Part shown: piece by piece, positions 49,516-62,014 of the stretch | How positions within the stretch are numbered: position 1 is the stretch's first letter | How the letters are laid out: each line of letters begins with the position of its first letter | From: Chiloscyllium plagiosum | Taxonomy: Eukaryota | Reading direction: 5' to 3' | Assembly (NCBI RefSeq): GCF_004010195.1 | Contig: NC_057718.1 | Coordinates: forward strand, 71,085,790 to 71,149,789 | DNA length: 64,000 nucleotides | Made by a program: the position numbers and the translations under genes | Notes under the pieces: model-generated | Database searches by the model: none | Seen by the model: the letters and a program-made list of their open reading frames with translations, nothing else | Told to the model about the DNA's origin: nothing

Positions 49516-50676
49516 GGTCCCAATGGTATCTACCTCAGGTTTCTGAGAGGCGAGATGAGATTGCTAGGGCCTTGATCAAAAATCTTTGTATTCTCACTAG
49601 CCATTGGAGAAGTCCTGCAGGACTGGCAAATAGTTAATGTTGTTCCACTATTCATGTAGGGAAATAGGGATAATCCAGGAAATTATTGACCAGTTACTCT
49701 CACATCAGTGGTTGGCAAGCTATAAGAGAGAATTCTTAGGAATAGAATTTAAGTGCATTTGGAAAAGCATGGCCTAATTAGGAACAGCCAGCATGGCTGT
49801 GTGGGATAGGTCATGTCTCACTAATATGATTGAATTTTTTTTTGAGGTGGTGACAATGGTGATCAATGAAAGTAGGGCAGTGGATGTTGTCTACATGGAT
49901 TTTAGAAGGCTTTCAACAAGGTCCCTGATGGTAGGCTCATCCAGAAGATTTAAGATGCATGGGATCCACGGTGACTTACTTGGAGTTAGAATTGGTTTGC
50001 CCATAGAAGACAAACAGTAGTGGTGAAAGGGTGGCAGACAGTAAGGACTGCAAATGCTGGAAGTCAGAGACAATAGATGTGAATCTGGAAGAGCACAATA
50101 GGTCAAACAGCACCAGAGAAGCAGGAAAGTCAGTATTTCGGGCAGGATCCCTATCAGGACCTCTGCAGTTCGTAATTTATATAAATGACTTGGATGGAAA
50201 TGTAGATGGGTGGGTAAGTAAGTTTGCAGATGACACAAAGATCTATGGAGTTGTGAATTATGTAGAAGGTTGTCAAAGTAAACAGCAGGGTATGGGTCAG
50301 TTGCAGATGTGGGCAGAGAAATGGCAGATGGAGTTTAATCTGGTGTGCGTAAACTTCTGAACTTTGGGAAATCAAATATTACAGGAAAGTATACATTAAT
50401 GACAGGACCCTGAACAACATTGATGCACAGAGGGATCTTGAGGTTCAAGTCCATAACTCCCTGAAAATGATCGTGCAAGTAAATAGGGTGTCAAAGGAGG
50501 CATATGGCATGCTTGCCTTTATTGATCTGGGAATTGATGTACAAGAGTCAGCATGTCATGTTGCAGTTTGATAAGACTTTGATTAGGTCACACTTCGAGT
50601 ATTGTGTTCAATGCTGGTTGCCACATTACAGGAAGGATGTGGAGGATTTGGAGAGGGTGAAAGCTTTACAAGGATA

Positions 50677-50976
50677 GATTAGATAGCTACAGTGTGGAAA
50701 CATGCCATTTGGCCTAACAAGTCCACAGTAACCCTCTGAAGAGTAGCCCACCCCCCTACATTTACTCCTGATTAATGCACCGAACACTATGGACAAATTA
50801 GCATGGCCAAGTCACCTGACATCTTTGGATTGTGGGAGGAAACTGGAGCATCCGGAGGAAACCCACGCAGTCACAAGGAGAATGTGCAAACTCAACACAG
50901 TCACCCGAAACAGGAACTCAACCTAGGTCCCTGGTGCTATGAGACAGTGCTAACCACTCAGCCACAGTGCCGCCCC
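50677..50976 (-). mobile_element. HE1-type SINE with TSD
   Basis: TSD tttac(a/c)aggata (50665-50676 and 50980-50991). Confidence 0.85.
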
Positions 50977-52204
50977 AGGTTTACCAGGATACTACCTGGA
51001 TTAGTGTATGAGCTATAAGGAGAGACTAGAAAAACTAGGATTGTTTTCTCTGGAGTTACAGGGGCTGTGGGAGACTTGACAGATATCTGTAAAATCATGA
51101 ACCACATAGGTATGGTTGACAGTCAGAATCTTTGTACCCCAACAGCTGAAATATCTAATACTAGGGGACATGCACTTAAGGTGAAAGGGGTAAATTCAAA
51201 GGAGTTGTGAGGGGCAAGTTTTTTTTATAAACACACAATGGTAAGAGTCTGGAACATGCTGCCAGGAATGGTGGTGGCAGTAGATAAGATAGTGGCATTG
51301 AAGGGGCATTTAGATAAGCACATGAATATGCAAGGAATGGAGGGATGTGGACCAGGACAGACAGAAGGGATCAGTTTAATTGGGTTACATTCGGCACAAA
51401 ATAATGGGCCGAAGGGCCCATTCCTGTGCTGTACTGTTCTATATTCTAGAACAGTTTGGGGTTGTGAACAAGGCACAGAAAATGATTTTGATCTCCACCA
51501 CTCAGGTGCAGTCACTGTTCTCTGCAGCCAAAACCTACATTAAAATTGAAGTATCCATTTAAACCTTCCTCCAGCTGTTGATGCACGGTGTGATTTTTAA
51601 TTGATTAATCAGAAACATTTTTCAAGTATCCCAGGAAATCAGTGGAAGCAAGGAAGAAATGTTAGGATTAGCAAGAACAATAGAATCAACTGTCTTTCCA
51701 GGTTTTTTACTCTGCCAAGTTTTTTTCTTCCTCTTTGTATTGGTTTATTTGTCTGTGCGTGCAAGGGAGGCAGATTAGAGCTTTAATCAGTAGTATTGTT
51801 TGCTAACAGTTTATAAATGCTTATCAATAGCTAGAGTCAAATTACTTGTAATAAAGCAACAATTCTTGTTCAGCACAAAAGCAAGCCAGGTCAATTGGGG
51901 AATTTTGGTTACTTATTTTAAAATCTTTAACTTTTGAGATGAGTGCAGGAATAGTTCTTGAGAGCTTGATTTCCAGCGTGCTATTCTACTGAGTTATGAC
52001 ATGAGACTAATGAAAAAGAAAGAGACCCAATCAATAATGCATTCAATAATACTATCTTCCTCAAAAACAAATCAGAGAGTTACTTTAAACTTAGAACTCC
52101 AAAAAGTAGGGCTGTGACACATTAATCGGGGAATGACTGTAGTCAGAAAGGCATGCGGTGGACCAAATTAATGGAAGTATTGGCAGGCATGACACTAGGA
52201 CTAA

Positions 52205-52932
52205 TGTAATGAAGATGTAGAAGTGTACTGTACCTTCAAGAGAGTGAAGGGCGAAGAGAGGCACACAGAGTGCTGGAGAAGTTACATTGTAACATTTGGT
52301 CCAGCAGCTAGAGTCGCTGGTTGCCTGGATACAAACACAAATTCAAATTTGGCTAATCAGTTTAAATTATATCCCAAAAATTCCAAACTCCAATCAAGTT
52401 TGAATTTAGTATATTGACAATATTAAAAGCCAATGACACAACCTGATGTTTTAGGGTATAAGACCGGGAAAACCTGAAGAGTCGAGAGAGAATTGCCAAG
52501 CCACCAACATCTGCAGACTGCCCAGAAAATTAGCTCTCTTAAAGGTACATTTATCTATTAACCGGTGAAAGAGAAATCCTAAGAAGAAAATCTGCACATG
52601 AAGATACAAAGGGAAGATTCGGCAGCTGCCTGGTTTTGAAAGTTGAATTTTGGTAAATCTTAATCAGGGTTTTATCAGACTAGTATTGTAGAGGGGAGGG
52701 TAAAAGATAGGTTTAGATAAATGGGTTGTAAATAGTTGTTAGTTAATTATTTTCTGTTCGACTTAAAGAATAAAGTTCTTGTACTTATACAAAGTTCTTG
52801 TACAACATTCTTGTACTTTAGTGATTTTGGGGATAGTTCTTTGCATCTCGAATTTTAACAGATTACAGCACGGGTTAAATCATTTCTGTGTTGCAAATTT
52901 AAATTAGGAGGGGTTTAACCCATGTCATAACA
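52205..52932 (+). mobile_element. Solo LTR (Gypsy type)
   Basis: TGTAATGA...TCATAACA termini and perfect 4-bp TSD ctaa; internal aataaa. Similar to the LTR at 59390-60993. Confidence 0.88.
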
Positions 52933-53251
52933 CTAAGTACTAAGACTTTGTGAGGCAGTACTTCTGGTTTAGGTACTCTCTGAATCATTATGGGCTGATT
53001 TGTGACAGGACCACATCCAGTGGCTTGCAATGGCACCTACGGCAGTGAAAGTTACCAATGAATGCAAAGTACCTCTACTCTATATGGTTCCAACAATGCA
53101 AGAATCTAAAAGAAAATACAACGGATCCTGGAAATTTGAAATAAGGACAGAAAATGTGGAAATGCTCAACAGCTTTGGCAGCATCTGTGCAAAGAGAATC
53201 AGAATTAACAATGTAGTTTGGTCATCTTTCAGTAGACCAGTGACAGGAGAA

Positions 53252-53568
53252 TAGATTAGATGACTTACTTAGATTAGATTACTTACAGTGTGGAAACAGG
53301 CCCTTCAGCCCAACAAGTCCACTCCGACCCTCCGAAGAGCAACCCACCCAGATCCATTCCCCTACATTGACCCCTTCACCTAACATTACGGGCAATTTAG
53401 CATGGCCAATTCACCTAACCTGCACATTTTTGGACTGTGGGAGGAAACCTACGCAGACACGGGGAGAATGTGCAAACTGCACACAGACAGTTGCCTGAGG
53501 CAGGAATTGAACTCGGGTCTCTGGTGCTGTGAGGCAGCAGTGCTAACCACTGTGCCACCATGCCGCCC
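53252..53568 (-). mobile_element. Complete HE1/V-SINE-type SINE
   Basis: A box TGGCACAGTGG, B box GAGTTCAATTCC, conserved core, CR1-like tail and (aatct)n end. Confidence 0.9.
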
Positions 53569-53654
53569 ACTAATACTCCCTAATAAACAAAGTTTAGGAA
53601 GTGGATTGAAGCCACTCAGGCTGTTTAAATCGTGTCCTTCGTGATAAACGTGAG

Positions 53655-54410
53655 CTGATGCACATGGGCAGGACAAACAAGGCAAGAAAATACATAAATG
53701 AACTACACGACACTGGGAAGCACCAAGGACCAAAAAGGACCTTGGGTATGCATGTCCACTGGTCCCTTAAGGTAATGGGGCAAGTAGACAAAATGGTTTG
53801 GTGGCATATAAGATACTTGCATTTATTAGCTGAGGTATAGTGTTCAGCGCAGGGAGCTGCTGCTGGAACAACGTAAAATGTTAGGCCACTGCTAGAGTAT
53901 TGTGTGCAGTTCTGGAATCTATATCATTGGAAGGGTATGATTGTGCAGGACTGTACAGAGGAGATTTATCAGGATGTTGCCCGAACTGGAGTGTTTTAGC
54001 TGGGAAGAGAGATTGGGTAGATTGGAATTTTCCCTGGAACAGAGATTTAAGGAGGACATGATTGAAATGCATAAAAGTATGAGGAGCAGAGACAGGATGG
54101 AGAGAAGAAACTTCCCTTTGGTGGAGGGATCAATTACAGGGAGAGACCGATTTAAGGTTAGGGGCAGGATCCTTACAGGGTGTGAGGCAAACGTTCATCA
54201 CTCAGATGGTGGTGGGAATCTGGAACTCACTGCTTGTGAGGGTGGCACAGACAGAAACCCTCATAACATTTAAGTATTATTTAGATGTACACTAGCAGCC
54301 AAATGCTGGAAAATGAGATCAGAATAGTTAGATAGTTGACTTTGACCAGTGCAAACTTAATGGGGCAAACGGTCTTTTAGTATCCTGTCGTCCTCTATGA
54401 CTGTATGACT
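53655..54410 (+). mobile_element. Decayed CR1 3' fragment
   Basis: LGMHVHWSLKV, VQRRFIRMLPEL and ctatgactgtatgactc tail. Confidence 0.85.
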
Positions 54411-54595
54411 CGACTGGCTAGGACTGAACTTAACGCAAAGAAGAAATGGCACTGCGTTAATTGACTACGTTATTCAGACCTCAACACGACTCTCATTTTT
54501 GAAAATATGAAATGTAAATAATTACAATTGCCTTAGCACAGTTTAATGGCAAGTACTATGCATGGCAGTTCCAATTAATAGTTTCAACAACGTAC

Positions 54596-54717
54596 ATTTG
54601 TACAGTGAAGTGACCGGGTATGATTGTGAGCATCGACTCTGATATTTGGCACACTCGTGTCTTGCATGACTCCACTTACTGCAACTGTCAATGGAATATT
54701 TTTCCTGAATTCTTCAC
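54596..54717 (-). CDS. TMEM181: TMEM181 internal coding exon (first in window, 122 bp)
   Basis: Acceptor ttgtttttcag, donor AAT|gtacgt. Encodes (x)EEFRKNIPLTVAVSGVMQDTSVPNIRVDAHNHTRSLHCTN, which aligns from memory to human TMEM181 ..SFPMTVKVDGVAQDG..HNRTRTLTCAG. Ends in phase 0, matching the next exon. Confidence 0.85.
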
Positions 54718-55689
54718 CTGAAAAACAAATCAAAGTGTAATTATTTTGAAACATTATCACAAAGATTTCAAATTAAATGGAGGTGACATACTACCAATCA
54801 TGAACCTATCATGTCCCTCACGAATGGCTCACAAAGTGCCACTGTGACCGTTGAATTGTCTGGATACAACAATTACAAGCATAATCTGTAATATGCATCA
54901 GTAATGAATTCAGTTGAATCCATACATGAGTTCAATACCTTACAATCAAATCATCCTGGAATGATTTCCCTTGCACATTTTGAAATTCAAATCGATTAGG
55001 TTACCATCCTTTATTGTGTGGAAGTACAAGACATGCTTTTGAAATATCAAATCTTGCCCACATTTACTTTGTCTTTTTCTGTTGTACTCCAATTGATTAA
55101 GAAAGCTTGTTTTACATGTACTACTGAATTGCTCCTAGCACGGCAGTCTCCGCTGCTCATGTGTAGAGTACAACAGTGAGTTAAAATGGGGCAAAATTCA
55201 CTGACCTCAATTTTCTATGGGCTCCTGCTTTGGTCAGTTGAGTTTTTTTGTTTCCAACTGCCTCAGGCAATTTTCTCCCAAACATTTGGGCTCCAAAGGT
55301 CATAAGCATCAGTAACTACCTCCCAGTTCTCATGTCAATGCTGCCTTCTTCAAATCTCATTTGCAAATGCTCTTGCACCACAGAAAGAGACATCCAGGAG
55401 AGCATGACTCAGTATTCAGTTCATTCAACAGAAAGGCTATACGATTCCATCCATCCACTGAATGTGGTGTAGCCAATGCAGCTATTGCTGCCTTAACGAC
55501 GAGTGTACTGGGACTGGGTTCAATTCCTACCTGCTCTAAAGATGCGTAATAACACCATTGAACAGGTTGATAACTACACAAATGGAAATGGGCTCTGTGG
55601 CACAATGGCAATGTCCCTACCTCTGGACCAAAAGCACAGATACATTCCAGAGATGTGTAATAATATAATGGATAAAGATGGATAAATAC

Positions 55690-57420
55690 CCAGGAATGAT
55701 TCCTGGGTCCCTTGCTGAGATACTTGTATCATTGATAGCCACAGGTGAGGTACCGGAAGACTGGAGGTTGGCCAACATGGTGCAATTATTTCAGAAAGGT
55801 CGTAAGTAAAACGTGAGGGAACAATAGACGAATGAGCCTGAAATCCGTGGTGGGCAAGTTGGTGGAGGGAATCCTGAGGGATAGCATTTACATGTATTTG
55901 GAAAGCAAGGACTGATTAGGAATGGTCAACATGGCTTTGTGCACAGGAATCTGCGTCTCACTAAGTAGATTAGGAGTTTTTGAAGTGACAAGGAGGATGA
56001 AGGCAGAGCGGTGGACATTGTCTACATCGACTTCAGTAAGGCATTCGACAAGGGTCTGCATTGTAGACTGTTAACAAGGTTAGGTCAGATGGAATGCAGG
56101 AGGGCCTTTGGCCAATCTTCTATCTAAACATGTCACCTATTTTCTAAGGATCTGTATCTCTCTGCTCCCTGCCCATTCATATATCTGTGTAGATAAATCT
56201 TAAATGACACTATTGTGTCTGTCTCTACCAACTCCGCTGGCAACGCGTTCCAGGCACCCACCATCCTCTGCATAAAGAAATTTCCATGTCTCTCACCCTT
56301 AAACGTTTCCCCTCTCACCTTGAACTCATGACCCCTAGTAATTGAGTTCCCCACTCTCAAAAAAAGCTTCTTGCTATCCACCCTGTCTATACTTCTCATG
56401 ATTTTATAGGCCTCAATCAGGTTCCCCCTCAACCTCCATCTTTCCAATGAAAATAACCCCAGTCTACTCAACCTCTCCTTATACATAGCACCCTCCATAT
56501 CAGGCAACATCCTGGTGAACCTCCTCTGCACCCTTTCAAAGCTTCCATATTCTTTTGGTAATATCATGACCAGAACTACACAGTACTCAAAATGTGGCCA
56601 AAACAAAGTCCTATACAACTGTAACATGACCTGCCAACTCTTGTACTCAATACCCCGTCCAATGAAGGAAAGCATGCCATATTGCCTTCTTGACCATTCC
56701 ACTAACCTGCATCGACACCTACAACGGACCTGAACACCCAGATCTTTCTGTGCACCAATTTTTCCCAGAGCTTTTCCATTTATTGTATAGTTCACTCTAA
56801 AATTGGATTTTCCAAAATGCATCACCTCACATTTTCACAGATTGAACTCCATCTGCCATTTCTCCACCCAACTCTCCATTCTATCTACATTCTCCTGCAT
56901 TCTCTGACAGTCCCCTTCACTATCTGCTACTCCACCAATCTTCATGTCATTTGCAAACTTGCTAGTCAGACCACCTATTTCTTCCTCCAGATCATCTCAA
57001 ATAACAGTGGTTTCAGCACAGATCCCTGGTCACAGTTCTCCATTTTGAGAAACTTCCTTCCACTAGTACCCTATCTCCTGCTGCCCAGCCAGTTCTCTAT
57101 TCATCTAGCTAGTACCCCCTGGGCCACACGTGACTTCACATTCTCCATCAGCCTACGACAAGGAACCTTATCAAATGCCTTACTGAAGTCCATTGACTGA
57201 AGTCCATCCCTCAGTCAACTTTGTCACTTCCTCAAAGAATTCTATTAAGTTGGTAAAAAATGACCTTCCCTACACAAAACCATGCTGCCTATCACCGATA
57301 AGCCCACTTTCTTCCAAATATAAATAGATCTTATCCCTCTATATCTCCTCCAGCAACTTCACTACCACTGATGTCATGCTCACCAATCTATTACATGGAT
57401 TATCCCTGCTACCCTTCTTA
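55690..57420. mobile_element. Two converging CR1 fragments (plus ~55690-56103, minus ~56105-57420)
   Basis: Plus strand: [16 protein letters not shown]. Minus strand: 230-aa ORF 56133-56825 and upstream RT motifs. Confidence 0.9.
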
Positions 57421-58119
57421 GAAAAGGGAGAAAGTGAGGACTGCAGATCCTGGAAATCAGAGTCGAAGAGTGTGGTCTTAAAAAGTACAACCAGTCAGGC
57501 AGCTTCTGAGGAGCAGGAGAATCGACGTTTCAAGCATAAGCTCTTCATCAGGAATGAGGCTTGTGGCCCAAGGGGCTGAGGGATAAATAGGAGGGGGTGG
57601 GCTGGAGGTGAAGGTTATAAGTTGAAGAGGAGGGTGGTGCAGACAGGTGGGAAGGAAGATGGACAGGTAGGACAGATCAAGAGAGCAGGGCCAAGTTGGA
57701 AGGTTGGATCTGGAATAAGGTGGGAGGAGGAGAAATGAGGAAACTGGTGAAATCCACATTGATCCTGTGTGGTTGGAGTGTTGCAAGAAGAAAGATGAGG
57801 CGTTCTTCCTCCAGGCACCGGGTGGCTAGAGTTTGCGGGTGGAAGTGGTCCAGGACTTGCATGTCCTTGGCGGGATGGAGTGGAGAGGGGAGTTAAAGTG
57901 TTCAGCCACAGGGCAGCGGGGTTGTGGAGTGTGTGCCCCAGAGATGTTCTCTCAAACGTTCCGCAAGTTGGCATCCTGTCTCTTAATGTAGAGGAGACCA
58001 CACAGAGCAACAGACACAGTAGATGTCGGATGTGGAAGGATCCTTTGGGGCCTTGGATGGAGGTTTTGAGGTGGCAGGGAAAGGTACCGGGAGTGGAAGG
58101 TGGGCTGTTGGTGTACATG

Positions 58120-58337
58120 GGGAGAAAGTGAGGTCTGCAGATGCTGGAGATCAGAGCTGAAAATGTGTTGCTGGAACAGCGCAGCAGGTCAGGCAGCATC
58201 CAGGGAACAGGAGAATCGACGTTTCGGGCATAAGCCCTGAAGATTCCTGAAGAAGGGCTTATGCCCGAAACGTCGATTCTCCTGTTCCCTGGATGCTGCC
58301 TGACCTGCTGCGCTGTTCCAGCAACACATTTTCAGCT
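58120..58337 (-). mobile_element. Fold-back Penelope-like mini-insertion 4 (perfect arms)
   Basis: 15-bp TSD ctgttggtgtacatg (58105-58119 and 58338-58352). Intact hammerhead core on the plus strand at 58247-58274. Confidence 0.92.
58247..58274 (+). ncRNA. Minimal type I hammerhead ribozyme motif (PLE type)
   Basis: CUGAAGA-A-GGGC-UUAU-GCCC-GAAA-C-GUC has the conserved core boxes, stem II and GUC triplet. Stems I and III are vestigial, as described for PLE hammerheads. Activity not shown. Confidence 0.65.
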
Positions 58338-58464
58338 CTGTTGGTGTACATGTACCTAACATGAGAGTCACGGAGGGAATGGTCTCTCCAGAATGCAGAT
58401 AAGAGGTGGGGAGGGAAATATATCCCTGGTGGTGGGGATCTGTTCTATGTGGCGGAAGAGAAAA

Positions 58465-60993
58465 TGTGTCAAGCCACTTACATCACGAAGTTACTGTGTA
58501 GTTGTTGGCAGATCACTTTAGGGAAAGTGAAACAGGTTTCTGCATTTTTAACTCCAAAAAGACTATATCAGTTCAAAGTGACACCCTTTGGAATGAAGAA
58601 CACACCTGCCACATTCCAAATACTCATGAACAGAGTTGTGACTGGATTAACAAATCGTGCAGTTTATCTGGATGATGTCATGATCTTTAGCAAGTCATGG
58701 AAAGATCACATGGTGCAGTTGAACAATTAGGAAAAGCAAAACTGGTAATAAAGAAAACAGAATTCATCAATTTGTGATGTTCTTAGGAGATAACATCAAA
58801 CATGGAAGGCTGACCCCAAGGAACATGAAGACAAAGGCCAGCAAGGTATTTCCACAACCATCCTTGAAGAAAGAGCTGCTTTAATGTTTGGGAATAATCA
58901 GAAGTTTATTCCATACTTCAGCAGCATGGTGCCCCGCTAACAGATTTACGAAAAAAGAACAAAATTTCAGTGGACAGAACAATGTCAAGAGGCATTTGAG
59001 AATTTAAAACCGCACTAGTTTTTGCTACACCAAATTTTATGAAACCCTTCAAAGTTGCAATCAATGCTGGCAATATTGGAATTGGAGCTGTACTGCCTCA
59101 GGAAGATGATGATGGAATTGAACAGACAACTGGATACTTTTCAAAGAGACTCAATTTTCACAGAGAAAATACTCTACTGTTGTAAAAGAATTATTGCATT
59201 TGGCACTGGCCTTACAGCAGTTTAATGTTTATGTGATGAACAATGTGTCGGAGACAGTTGTGTACTCTGACAACAATCCTCTTACATTCTTGGAAAGACT
59301 TAACAATACAAATATGAGACTATATCAATGGAGTTATATGTTACAGACTTTTAATTTACAAATTGTAGGACACAGGTAAAAATACAGCTGTGTCTATGAC
59401 TCAATGGCATTCCTACAGTGTACTAGAAAATTGAAAATATGTAACATTTGAGTTTAACCAATAAGTTTAAGTCATGCTTCAGGATACTAAAATCCAATCA
59501 CATTTGAATTTATTACTTCGCCAACATCAAACTAATGAGATGATCCAAAATGCGCACCTTTTGAAAATTAGTCAGAAAGGAACTGCCGTTGAAACAGAAA
59601 TGCCTGGACAGCTAACATTTTGCTCTCCAAGAAACACTTTCTATCAAAGGTACCTTTTCATTTGAAACATATGCACAATAAAGAAAAAGACAAATACTCA
59701 AGGAGATCCTCAGCCGGAAGATGACTTATTTATGTAAATGATTTGGATGTGAATACAGGAGGATAAGTTAGTAAGTTTGCAAATGACATTTAAATTGGAG
59801 GTGTAGTGGACAGTGAAGAAGGTTACATCAGAGTACAATGGGATCTTGATTGGGTGAATTTAATTTAAATAAATGCGAGGTGCTGCATTTTGGAAAAGCA
59901 AATCAGAGCAGGACTTATACACTGTGGTCCTAGGGAGTGTGGCTGAACAAAGAGACCTTGGAGTGCAGGTTCATAGTTCTGCAAAAGTAGAGTCACAGGT
60001 AGATAGTGAAGAAAGCATTTGGTAAGCTTTCCTTCATTGGTCAGAGTATTGAATATAGGAGTTAGGAGGTCATGTTGCGGCTGTACAGGTTATTGGTTAG
60101 GCCACTTTTGGGATATGGCGTGTAATTCTGGTCTTCTTCTAATCAGAAGGATATTGTGAAATTTGGAAGGATTCAGAAAGGATTTACAAGGATGTTGTCA
60201 GGGTTAGAGGATTTGAGCTATAGGGAGAGGCTGAATAGGCTGGGGTTGTTTTCCCTGGAGCATCAGAAGCTGAGGGGTGACTTTATAGAGGTTTATAAAA
60301 TTATGAGGGGCATGGATACGATAAATAGACAAGGCCTTTTCCCTGGGGTGGGGGAATCCAGAACTAGGATGTGAGAGAGCAACTTTAGGATGAGAGGGAA
60401 AGGTACAAAAGGGACCTAAGGGGCAACCTTTTCATGCAGAGCGTGGTGCGTGTATGGAATGAGCTGCCAGAGGAAGTGGTGGAGGTTGGTACAATTGCAA
60501 CATTTAAAAGGCATCTGGCTATATGGACAGGGGATATAGATATGGGTATATGAATAAGAAGGGTTTAGAGGAACTGTACTGTCAAAAGCAACTTGATGCG
60601 ATAAGGATATCTAGTCGGCATGGACAAGTTGGACCGAAGGGTCTGTATCTGTGCTGTGCATCTCTATGACACTATAACTCTAAGAAAGACACAGAAGACA
60701 ATAGCAGCTGTGTGGTGTTGAAATTTAGTTGATGTAATTTGAATAAGTGTCTTATTAAGCAGCATATTGTTATGGAAATGGAGGCAGAAAACAAGCAGTT
60801 CAGAGAAAGGGGGGCTGAGAATTGTAAATGGTTGTTTAATATTCACTTTTTGAGTTAAAAATAAATTAATGATATTTTCTTTAAAAGTGGAATCTGTGAG
60901 TTCTGTGACTTATTTTATCAGATTATGAGGCAAGGTGAGCTTTTCTGGGTGTTTGATTTAAGTAAAAGAGGGGTTCATCTCTGTGTCATAACA
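58465..60993 (+). mobile_element. Second Gmr1-like Gypsy remnant: RT-RNase H (58465-59378) then 3' LTR (~59390-60993) split by a CR1
   Basis: LYQFKVTPFGMKNTPATFQ, VYLDD, FKVAINAG and SDNNPL; LTR ends tcataaca. Confidence 0.8.
59725..60680 (+). mobile_element. CR1 3' fragment inside LTR
   Basis: YVNDLD, KFAND, FTRMLSGLEDLSYRERL and 3' tail. Confidence 0.9.
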
Positions 60994-62014
60994 GATAAGA
61001 GCTGAAAGATTTAGAATGAACATAAAAGGCAACCTTTTTATGCAGAGGGTGGTGCGCATAGGGAATGAACTGCCAGATGAAGTGGTGAAGGCTGGTACAA
61101 TTACAACATTTAAAGTCCTCTGACTTGGTCACTATGTAGTGACAGCAAGTTGTGGTAATGAGTGAGGCAGGTAAGGAAATTAAGAAGTTGAGTGTAGAGG
61201 TGCCTCAGGTTTTGCATATGTCCAACAGGTTTGAAGTTCTTGGTACCTATGTGGCAGAAAACGGACTGTAGAGTGAATGAGAGAACTGTCCAAGGCGCCA
61301 CAGTAAAGAAAGCCTTTTGGTGGGAGTGAAGCTGTGAAGAATATTGTGATAGAAGGAGACAGTACAATCCAGGATAAATATATTTCTCCAAAGTTGAGAG
61401 CAGAAGTCCCAATGGTTGTGTAGCAGCCTGTGTTGTGCCAGGGGTCTAATACTTAAGAGTAGAAGGGGAAGTTGCGGTGAGAGGGGAAGGATCCAGTGGT
61501 CATATAGTACTCACTATGTTGTCGAAATTTTAAAAAGATGTTTTTCTTATGCAGTATTAACAGCTAGGGGTCAAATTAAAAAGCAGAAGCTCAAAAGGTA
61601 ATAATCCCTGCATTATGACCTCAGCCATGAGCAAATTGGCAGAAACAAAATAAAATTAGAAAGATGAATATACAGGCTTAAGATTTAGAATTAAGGACAG
61701 GGTAAATGAATTGAGCAGATATTTTGATTCAGACTTCACAGTCAGAGGTACATACAATATCCCAGAAACAAATGCCCCCCTGTAACTGTCTGTATGATAT
61801 ATAACAGGTACTGACCACAACTGACACTGCTTAGATGCTTAATCATTGACATTCATCTAAAAAATTTTAAGATTTACTGGAAAGCCTACTTTGAAATTCT
61901 TCCGTAAGCATGGTCTCCTTCATCAAAAACTCTAACTTCAGTGATCAAAACCGCTGATCCTGTACCATTTCTTGTTCTGTTGCAAATTCTACAAATAAGG
62001 ATGAGAAAGAAAAT

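Larger units (their letters stand above)
49070..51448 (+). mobile_element. Decayed CR1 LINE ORF2 with nested PLE and SINE insertions
   Basis: RSCLTN, DVVYMDF, YINDLD..KFADDTK and tgttctatattcta tail. PLE-end fragment at ~50035-50157. Confidence 0.9.
57427..58445 (-). mobile_element. Penelope-like element 3' part (GIY-YIG), hammerhead motif 57524-57551
   Basis: RCLEEERLIFLLATLQPHRINVDF and PGTFPC..IQGPKGSFHIR; reverse-strand ctgatgaagagcttatgcttgaaacgtc. Confidence 0.88.

Noticed and set aside
51465..52000. Possible additional LTR remnant, loosely similar to ~45330-46310
   Set aside because: Ends in ttatgaca, but no convincing 5' terminus or TSD could be fixed by eye.
53490..53568. tRNA-like A/B boxes
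   Set aside because: Head of a SINE with core and tail attached, not a tRNA gene.
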